Source: an uncultured Verrucomicrobiae bacterium (GTDB taxonomy: Bacteria > Verrucomicrobiota > Verrucomicrobiia > Limisphaerales > UBA8199). Taken from it: a stretch of 64,000 nucleotides of DNA. The notes under the pieces were generated by a model that was not told where the DNA came from, ran no database searches, and saw only the letters and a list, made by a program, of their open reading frames with translations. The stretch spans positions 103,640 to 167,639 of the forward strand of contig CAVXLO010000007.1 of the NCBI GenBank assembly GCA_963762555.1. Direction: 5' to 3'. Within the stretch, counting starts at the first letter, position 1. Each line of letters opens with the position of its first letter. Both the position numbers and the translations under genes were made by a program. Positions 56,641 through 64,000 of this stretch are shown here, piece by piece.

Positions 56641-57585
56641 CTACCCCGCCAACTCGCGCAGCGGGACAATCGTGCTGGCGATGGTCTCGGCAGTGCTCTC
56701 CGGTTCGAGGTTGATCCAGTTCAGCCGAAGCTGGCGCCGGAACCAGGTCATCTGGCGTTTGGCGAATTGGCGGGTGCGGATCTTCACCAACTGGATCGTC
56801 TCCGGCAGCGAGCGCTGGCCGCGCAGATGCTCAACGATCTGCCGGTAGCCCAAGGCCTGCATGGCAGTCTGATTCTGCGCCAGGCCGCGTTCGAGGAGTT
56901 GCTCGGTTTCGGCTACCCAGCCTTGGCGGAACATGGCGTCCACGCGGGCCTCAATCCGCCGATGCAGATCGCCGGCGGGGCGCGATAAGCCGATACAGGT
57001 GGCGGCGTGATGCGTGACGCCTGATCCGTGAGCCCAATTGGCGCGCTGGGCGGAGAAAGGTTCGCCGGTCAGGCGGATGACTTCGATGGCGCGGATGATC
57101 CGGCGCGGGTTCTGTCGGTCAATTCGCTCATAGGTCTCCGGGTCACGCTCGGCGAGTTCGCGCAGCAAATCGGGCAACGGTGTGGCTTCCAATGCGCCGC
57201 GCAGGGCGGCGTCTGCCGGGGGCGCCTGGCCCAACCCGTCGAGGAAGGCCTTGAAATACAGGCCCGTGCCGCCGCATAGGATCGGCAGCCGGCCACGGCT
57301 CTGAATGTCGGCGACCGCCTGGCGCGCCAACGCGATAAATTGAGCGGCGTCGAAGGGTTGCGTTACGTCCACCACGTCAATCAAATGATGAGGCACGCGG
57401 GCGCGTTCCTCGGGCGAGGGTTTGGCGGTGCCGATATCCATCCCGCGATAGACCTGCATGGAATCAACCGAAATGATCTCCCCCCCGAGCTCTTCAGCCA
57501 GCAGAAGTGCAATCGCGGATTTGCCGACGGCGGTAGGCCCCGCGAGCAAGAGAGGGAGAGGGGGCGGATCGGGCCGGGCTGCCAT
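56641..57585 (-). CDS. miaA: tRNA dimethylallyltransferase
   Basis: GPTAVGKS, EIISVDSMQVYRGMDIGTAKP, PHHLID, GGTGLY, QALGYRQ, TRQFAKRQMTWFR. Confidence 0.97.
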   Translation of the reverse strand: MAARPDPPPLPLLLAGPTAVGKSAIALLLAEELGGEIISVDSMQVYRGMDIGTAKPSPEERARVPHHLIDVVDVTQPFDAAQFIALARQAVADIQSRGRLPILCGGTGLYFKAFLDGLGQAPPADAALRGALEATPLPDLLRELAERDPETYERIDRQNPRRIIRAIEVIRLTGEPFSAQRANWAHGSGVTHHAATCIGLSRPAGDLHRRIEARVDAMFRQGWVAETEQLLERGLAQNQTAMQALGYRQIVEHLRGQRSLPETIQLVKIRTRQFAKRQMTWFRRQLRLNWINLEPESTAETIASTIVPLRELAG

Positions 57586-57595
57586 GTCGTGCGCG

Positions 57596-58378
57596 CTACG
57601 TCCGTCGCGGTGCCATTCGCCGCAGCAGGACCAGCAGAATGACGCCGACGCCGAGGGTCAGGATGCTGGCCAACTGCCCCGGAGTCGCCCAGCCACCCAG
57701 ATAATGCTGGTGCTCGGGATAATCGCCGCGGAACACCTCGACAAAGGAACGTAGCAGAGCATAGCCCACCAGGTAAGCGCCGAACACCTGCCCATCGAAT
57801 TTCTTATGCCGGTAAAGCCAGGCCAGCCCGGCGTACAGGCAAAGGTTGAGCAGCGAGCCATAGATCTCGGTCGGGTGCACCGGGTAAGTGGGCGGGTGGA
57901 GCGGGTTGTTTGCCGGGAAGCTGATCGCCCAGGGCAAACTGCAGGGGCGACCGTAACAGCAACCGTTGAGGAGGCAGCCGATGCGCCCAAACGCGGACCC
58001 CAACGCAATGCTCGGCGCCAGAATGTCCGAGACTTTCCACAGCCCCAGCTTTTTGAACCGCAGGTAGAGAACGCCCGCCAGTGAGGCGCCCAACAAGCCC
58101 CCGTAATAGACCAGGCCGCCGTTCCAGACCTTGAAGATGTCCACTATCGGCTTGCCTGCAAACGATTCCTGCCAATACGAAACCACATAAAGCGTCCGCG
58201 CGCCGAGAATGGCGCCAATAATAAGCCACGGGCCGAGATCAATGATCTTCTCCGCAGCCACGCCTTCGCGCAGGCCCCGCCGGCTGGCGGTCCACAGGCC
58301 GGCCAGAAATCCCAACGCCACCATCACTCCATAGGAGTGAATGGTGAACGAGCCCAGTTGAAAGGCAATCGGATGCAC
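57596..58378 (-). CDS. lgt: Prolipoprotein diacylglyceryl transferase
   Basis: MHPIAFQLG..IHSYG, ILGARTLYV, GGLVYYGG, GRIGCLLNGCCYG, HPTEIY, RSFVEVFRGD. Confidence 0.95.
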   Translation of the reverse strand: MHPIAFQLGSFTIHSYGVMVALGFLAGLWTASRRGLREGVAAEKIIDLGPWLIIGAILGARTLYVVSYWQESFAGKPIVDIFKVWNGGLVYYGGLLGASLAGVLYLRFKKLGLWKVSDILAPSIALGSAFGRIGCLLNGCCYGRPCSLPWAISFPANNPLHPPTYPVHPTEIYGSLLNLCLYAGLAWLYRHKKFDGQVFGAYLVGYALLRSFVEVFRGDYPEHQHYLGGWATPGQLASILTLGVGVILLVLLRRMAPRRT

Positions 58379-58509
58379 TCCTCAGAGTCTAGGACTGAAA
58401 GGCAGGAGCGGGAAATGAAAATGTGCGGTGCCGCCCTCGCGGGGGAGCATCGCACTTTCTGTAGATCGGAGGCTACTTCGCGACGGTGCCTGTTTCGGCG
58501 TCAGATCCG

Positions 58510-58650
58510 TTCCCCCTCACCCCGGCCCTCTCCCTTAGGGAGAGGGAGAACGGCCGGCAGTGTGTCGGCGAATTCGAGCCGTCCGGTATGTTCGAGCGTT
58601 GGCGCAGGTGGCTCCCTCTCCCTGAGGGAGAGGGCCGGGGTGAGGGGGAA
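58510..58650. repeat. CCCTCACCCC-family REP-like palindrome, copy 4
   Basis: TTCCCCCTCACCCCGGCCCTCTCCCTTAGGGAGAGGGAG ... CTCCCTCTCCCTGAGGGAGAGGGCCGGGGTGAGGGGGAA. Confidence 0.9.
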
Positions 58651-58746
58651 CGGGGCTCACGGTTGGCAGGGGGCTACACAGGGTTTCCCGTTGGCCCTCA
58701 CAAGAGGTGAGATGCTCCCCCCTCGCGGGTCCCGGGGAGCACTTGG

Positions 58747-59784
58747 TTATTGTCCATTGGTAACCATCGCGGGCACCGGCGGGGTTGGGTGTGGCAAAGG
58801 CGGCAGCGGTGGCCGGGGCCGGGGCCGAGGCGGCCGCGGCGGCAACCTCCTGACCAGCTCGCGCCAGGCCTGCTGCTCGTCCGGGGACATCTGCTTCCAG
58901 CGCTCGGCGCTCTTCAAAAACTCCTGGCGCTCCGCCAGGCTTAAACTGGTGTACTTGGCGAAGGAGTCCATGCACTTGGCGCGTTGCTCCGGCGAGAGGC
59001 TCCCGAAGGTTCGCAGCACCGTCTCGACGCGCCGCCGCTCCGCCTCGGGCAACGGCTTGATCGCTCTCTGCTTTTCCTCCGCGGTCAACTCGAAAAACCG
59101 GTTGAAGCGGTCTAATGTGGCCTGGCGCTGGTCGTCGGACATTGCGGCCCAGCGGTTAATGCCCTGTTCCAGCATTTGGCGGCGTGCCGCGGAAAGGTTG
59201 GCGAGGATATCCCTTCGTTGCTCGTCGCTCTGGCCCCTGATCTCCGAGAAGTAACTGAGGGTAGCCTCGTTTTCCAGGAATACCTTTTGCACCGCTGAGG
59301 GCAGCTTGTCCCATTCCTTGAGCCGGTCTTCGACCAGCTTGCGCTGCTTCTCGGGAATCCGGGCCAGTTCGTCCGGGCGGTTGGTCGCTGACGCGGTCAG
59401 GAGCGGCCGCAGATACCAGCGCAACTCGGTCACGCTCAGGCGCAACTCCCGCTCGTCGGGGTCGAGCGCTTCGTATTCGCGCACCTTGGATAGGATTATC
59501 TGGCGGAGTCGCGGCGGGCGATTAGTGAGGGCGCGTTCCCGCTCGGGTGCGGACATCGCCAGCAAATCCCGGAAGAAGCTGATCGGGGGTTGGGGTACCG
59601 GCGGCAGCGGAGCAGCCTTGGGTGTTTCCGACGGGTTGGCCTCAAGTGGGCGTGCGGCGGCCAGGTTGGGCTGGGCCGCGGCGGGCGGATTGGTCGCCGC
59701 CTGGGATGACACAGCGGCGGAGAACAGGCAGCCAACGACTAAGCACAGTGCCGCCGGGAAAGCCGCAGGGTGGGCGAAATTCAT
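58747..59784 (-). CDS. DUF3106-like periplasmic helical-repeat protein
   Basis: Signal MNFAHP...VSSQA; repeated W/F..L/M.P.E.. units (WDKLPSAVQ, WAAMSDDQRQ, FGSLSPEQR, WKQMSPDEQ); Pro-rich tail; coupled to the anti-sigma gene. Confidence 0.75.
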   Translation of the reverse strand: MNFAHPAAFPAALCLVVGCLFSAAVSSQAATNPPAAAQPNLAAARPLEANPSETPKAAPLPPVPQPPISFFRDLLAMSAPERERALTNRPPRLRQIILSKVREYEALDPDERELRLSVTELRWYLRPLLTASATNRPDELARIPEKQRKLVEDRLKEWDKLPSAVQKVFLENEATLSYFSEIRGQSDEQRRDILANLSAARRQMLEQGINRWAAMSDDQRQATLDRFNRFFELTAEEKQRAIKPLPEAERRRVETVLRTFGSLSPEQRAKCMDSFAKYTSLSLAERQEFLKSAERWKQMSPDEQQAWRELVRRLPPRPPRPRPRPPLPPLPHPTPPVPAMVTNGQ

Positions 59785-60281
59785 TGCAGCACCGCCAGCA
59801 GTTTTTCGTCGGGAAGCGGGCTCGGATTGGAAGCGCGAATGGCGTCGAAATCTTTGAGAATGTCCGGGCTGGGCAGGGAGGACACCGCCGAAACGGCAGC
59901 CACGCTCTCGACCAGCTTTCGACGCTGCCCGTCCTGGATGACGAGGCACGAAACGATCCCCGCACTGAGCAGGGTGGCGGTCAAAGCCGCTTTGGGCAGC
60001 CAGCGCAGCCGCAGCCAAGCGCCCCATGTCCGATCCGGCCGGCGCGAGCCTGCCGCGGCTTCGCGCTCAGCGGCTTGCACGACCCGCGCGGTGAAGTTGC
60101 TGGCCACCGGCACGTCCGGCAGCCGACCCAGGGCGGCATTCAACTCGGCCTCGGCTTCCCAGCCGGCCTCTGCCTCAGGGTGAGCCGTCAGCCAGGCCCG
60201 CAACTGGGCTTCCTCGGCAGCGGTGAGGTCCCGCTGCCAGCTTAGCTCGCGCAAGTGGTTGTAGATCGGGTCGTTTGTCAT
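59781..60281 (-). CDS. Putative membrane anti-sigma factor
   Basis: Follows ECF sigma; LTAAEEAQLRAWL, PVASNFTARV, one transmembrane helix. Confidence 0.75.
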   Translation of the reverse strand: MTNDPIYNHLRELSWQRDLTAAEEAQLRAWLTAHPEAEAGWEAEAELNAALGRLPDVPVASNFTARVVQAAEREAAAGSRRPDRTWGAWLRLRWLPKAALTATLLSAGIVSCLVIQDGQRRKLVESVAAVSAVSSLPSPDILKDFDAIRASNPSPLPDEKLLAVLQ

Positions 60282-60327
60282 ATAACTTGCTAAGAGGATT
60301 AAAACCGCCGCGTCAACAAAGTTGCAT

Positions 60328-60972
60328 TCATTTTGGTTTGTGCCACGCGCCGCTCCGCAGGTAGGGCTTTAGCTTCTGCTTGAGGGTCTCCCGCCCGCGA
60401 TGGATCACTGATTTGGTCGCTGACACCGAACAGCCCAGCACCCGGGCGATTTCCTCGTAGCTCAGTTCCTCCTGGCGGCAAAGCAGTATGGCGAGGCGCT
60501 GGTTCTCCGGCAGCTCGGCCAGGGCCTGTTCGATCTTTTCCTCCAGTTCGCCGTGCAGCAGGCGCTCGGGCGGGGAGACTGGTCTGCTTGTCCTCGAACT
60601 GGTGCAGCGGCTGGTCCTCCTGTTCCGGGTGCGGGGACATCCATGGACTCCGTTGGCCGGCGCCCAGCGGCGGCGGATTTCGTTCAGGCACAGGTTCCGG
60701 GTGATGGTAAAGAGCCAGGTCGAGAACTTGGAGGAGACCTTGTAACGGGCCGCTGATTTGAACACCTGCACGAAGACCATTTGCGCCAGGTCCTCCGCCT
60801 CGGTCGCGTCGCGCAGCATCCGGTAGGCGAGATTCATCACCGGCTGCTTATACTTGTCCACCAGCTCGGCGAAAGCCCGTGTGTCGCCCTGTTTCACGCG
60901 GAGCATCAGGGCGGCATCCGGATCAGGCGCGACGACCATATTCGCCAATCTAGCAAACACCGCCTCGGCCAC
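60328..60972 (-). CDS. ECF sigma-70 factor
   Basis: DAALMLRVKQGD..AFAELVDKY, AEDLAQMVF, FSTWLFTITRNLCLN, LSYEEIARVLGCSVSATKSVIHRGR; internal compensating frameshifts. Confidence 0.93.
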   Translation of the reverse strand: MAEAVFARLANMVVAPDPDAALMLRVKQGDTRAFAELVDKYKQPVMNLAYRMLRDATEAEDLAQMVFVQVFKSAARYKVSSKFSTWLFTITRNLCLNEIRRRWAPANGVHGCPRTRNRRTSRCTSSRTSRPVSPPERLLHGELEEKIEQALAELPENQRLAILLCRQEELSYEEIARVLGCSVSATKSVIHRGRETLKQKLKPYLRSGAWHKPK

Positions 60973-61034
60973 AAGGTTTCGCCGGAGCGCCGATGCTTGC
61001 CTTGCGGGGTATTTGCACCCAAAGTGATTTGCGA

Positions 61035-63836
61035 ATGCAGGAATTGCTGGACAAGATCAAAGCGAGTGCCGCGGCCCGCCTGGCCCTGCCGCCAGGACGG
61101 GAGGCTGCCCAGGAGCTGGCCCGTTACAAGGCTTTCCTCAAGGTCGAGACGCACCGGCTCAAGCTGCGGCATCGCGCTGGCGCCGGGGGGCTCGATATCT
61201 GCCACGCGCGCGCGGCGATCCTCGATGCGCTGCTTGCGCCATTTGTGGGACGCTGCCAAGGCCAGCCTGTCCGAGCAGGCCCGCAAGGAGTTTCCGCAAT
61301 TGGCGCTGGTGGCCCTGGGCGGTTACGGCCGGGCGGAACTCAACCCACACAGCGACATTGACCTCATGTTCCTGCACAGCCGGCAGGTCGCCGCCGGGAC
61401 CCGTCCGCTGCCGCACCTTTCGCGCATCATTGACGGCACTGCTCTACCCGCTGTGGGACATTGGCTTAAAGGTTGGCCACTCGGTGCGCAGCATCGAGGA
61501 CTGCGTGAAGATCGCCAACAGCGACATGCAGTCCAAGACCTCGCTGATTGAAGCCCGGCTCATTGCGGGCGGCGAGGAGTTGTTCGCGCGATTCCAGAAG
61601 ATCCTCGTCAGCAAGTGCGTGGTCGGCTACGAGCAGGAGTACATCGCGATGCGGCTGGCCGACCAGGCCGCCCGGCGCGCCAAGTTCGGCAACTCGGCCT
61701 GCATGCAGGAACCCAATCTCAAGAGCGGTTGCGGCGGCCTGCGCGACTTCCAGAACCTGCTCTGGATGGCGTTCTTCAAATATCGCATCCGTTCCCTCAA
61801 AGAACTGCAGGCCCACGCCCTCATCGGCGAAAGCGAGCGCAAGCAACTGGAGGCCGCCTACGATTTCCTGTTGCGCGTGCGCAACGAAATGCACTACCAC
61901 ATCAATCGTGCGATGGATGTGCTGGGCAAGAACCTGCAGCCGAGCCGTCGCCTACAATCTCGATTACCGCGAGCGCTCGCCCAGCAAACGCATCGAGAAG
62001 TTTATGCGCGATGTCTACACCCACTCGCGCAGCATCTTCCTGATCACGCGCACGGTGGAGCAGCGGCTGGCACTCCTGCCGCAGCCGCGCCGCCTGCCGG
62101 CATTCTCGCTGCCCAGCCGGCTCTCGGGCCTCTTTCCAGGCGGACGCAAGCGGGCCAGCGAGCCCGTGGACGGCTTCAAGTTCATTGACGGAGAGATCCA
62201 TGCCCTCTCCAATCGCATCTTCCGCGATCACCCGCGCCGCCTGATGCGGGTGTTCCTGTACGCGCAACAGCGCGGGCTGCGTTTGCACCCGGACCTGGCC
62301 CAGCTCATCCGCAACCACCTGGGCCTGGTGGACCGCGCATTCCTGTCCGACGAACACGTGCGCGAGAGCTTCCTGGCCATACTCGATCAGCGCGGCAGCG
62401 TCGCCCCGATCCTGCGCGCGATGCACGAGGTGGACCTGCTGGGCAAGTACCTGCCCGAATTCGGCAAGCTCACCTGCCTGGTGCAGCACGAGTTCTACCA
62501 TCAATACACCGCCGACGAGCACACGCTGATGTGCCTCGAGCAGTTGGACCGCATTTGGGAGGCTGACGCCCCGCCCTACTCGACCTATACACCCCTTTTC
62601 CAGAAGCTGGAGCGGCCTTCCGTGCTCTACCTGGCGCTGCTCCTCCACGATGTGGGCAAGGCCGACGGCCACGGACAACCACTCCGAGGTAAGCTGCGAC
62701 CTGGCGATGCGCGTCGCCAAACGCCTGCGCCTCGACGAGGCCGCCACCCAGACCTTGCGGCTCGTGATCGAGCACCACCTGCTGATGGCCAGCGTCTCCC
62801 AGCGCCGCGATCTGGACGACCCGGCGGTCATCCGGCAGTTCGCTGAGAAAGTGCAGACTCCCGAGACACTGGCGATGCTTACGCTGCACACCTTTGTGGA
62901 TTCCGAGGCCACGAGCGATAAGCTCTGGAACGGCTTCAAAGACCTCTTGCTGGGCTCGCTCCATCACAAGGCCCTCGCCCTGATGACCGGCGGCGCCGAA
63001 TTCGCCCGCGCCGAGGAAAAACAACGCGAACACCTCATGCGGGAGGTCCGCCGCCTGGCTCCGGAGTCCCTGAGCGAGGAGGAGCTCGACGCCCACTTCG
63101 CCGCGCTGCCCGCGCGCTATTTCCAGGTCCATCCGGCAAAGGAAGTCCTGGCCGACCTGATCCTCGCGCACCGGTTCATGCGCCTCCAGATCTCCGACGA
63201 AGAGAATCCTCTGGCGCCGGTCGTCAACTGGCATAACGAGCCTGATCGCGTGCTACAATGCCGTGAAGGTCTGCACCTGGGACCGCGCCGGGCTCTTCCG
63301 CAAGATCGCCGGGTCCTTTAGCGCCGCCGGCTTGAACATCCTCAGCGCGCAGATCTTCACCCGCAGCGACGACATCGTGCTGGATACCTTCTTCGTCGCC
63401 GACGCCGTCACGGGCAACCTGGCCGGACGCCGACCAGCGGGAGCGCTTCGAGACAGTCCTCCACAAGGCGCTGACCGGCGAGGAGGTGGATTTCCACTCC
63501 TTGATAGGCCGGCAGCGGATCACGCGCCCGCTTTACCAGGCCTATACGGGCGAACGCATCCCAACGCAAATCAGCCTCGACAACGAGGCTTCCGAAGACC
63601 GCACGGTCATCGAGATCGAGACCGAAGACCGTATCGGCCTGCTCTACACCATCTCGCAGACGCTGACCGAGCTGGCTCTGGACATCTCCGCCGCCAAGAT
63701 TTGCACCGAACGCGGGGCGGCCATTGACACCTTTTATGTCCGCGAGTTGATGGGCGGCAAGGTCGTCGCCCCGGAACGGCAGCACACCATCGAAACCAAA
63801 CTCCGCCGGGCTATTCACGCCCTGGACGGCCAATAG
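61035..63836 (+). CDS. glnD: [Protein-PII] uridylyltransferase / uridylyl-removing enzyme
   Basis: [23 protein letters not shown]; [14 protein letters not shown]; [10 protein letters not shown]; LLHDVGK; two ACT domains ([18 protein letters not shown]...AIDTFYV); frameshifted. Confidence 0.96.
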
Positions 63837-63846
63837 GAACAGGACC

Positions 63847-64000
63847 ATGAACAAACTGACCTTAGCCATTACGTTCTGCCTGACGTTTCTCTCCGTGGGC
63901 TTCTCGGCCGAGGAAAAAGTGCCGCCGCGCGAGGGCTGGAAACTCACCTGGCATGACGAGTTCAACAGCAGGAAGCTCGACTCCAAAAAGTGGAACGTCC
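63847..64000 (+). CDS. Probable GH16 glycoside hydrolase, N-terminus only (truncated by the window)
   Basis: MNKLTLAITFCLTFLSVGFSA signal then GWKLTWHDEFNSRKLDSKKW, a typical GH16 opening motif. Confidence 0.65.
   Translation, partial: MNKLTLAITFCLTFLSVGFSAEEKVPPREGWKLTWHDEFNSRKLDSKKWNV

Noticed and set aside
1-64000. Widespread pseudogenisation or programmed frameshifting
   Set aside because: Single-base indels hit conserved housekeeping genes (lon, glnD, hflX, pilT) as often as accessory ones, with no consistent slippery site; sequencing error is more likely

Overview
GC-rich bacterial DNA whose gene content (PEP-CTERM protein, PVC-type pseudopilin cassette, tandem sulfatases, Thr-Asn-rich secreted proteins) suggests Verrucomicrobiota, probably subdivision 3 (inference). 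Most long genes, including conserved ones such as lon, glnD, hflX and pilT, are split by scattered 1-nt indels. This looks like uncorrected long-read error, so genes were rebuilt across frames and some ends are approximate. Positions 1-31 kb form one co-oriented minus-strand block: PilB/GspE ATPase, pilT, second ATPase, PilC/GspF, a BrnT/BrnA-like pair behind its own operator-like site, two major-type pilins, H/I/J/K-type minor pilins, a ~3,400-aa subtilase with nested domains, two paralogous small secreted proteins with different C-terminal tails, and the start of a second subtilase. The right half holds an Hsp20-Lon-LolA-like-ECF-AAA+ block, three sulfatases, a DUF6259-like protein, hflX, yhcG, two ECF/anti-sigma cassettes, miaA, lgt, glnD and a GH16 start. 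Intergenic DNA and some N-terminal leaders carry several families of palindromic and 7-11-nt tandem repeats. No rRNA, tRNA, CRISPR array, transposase or reverse transcriptase was recognised.
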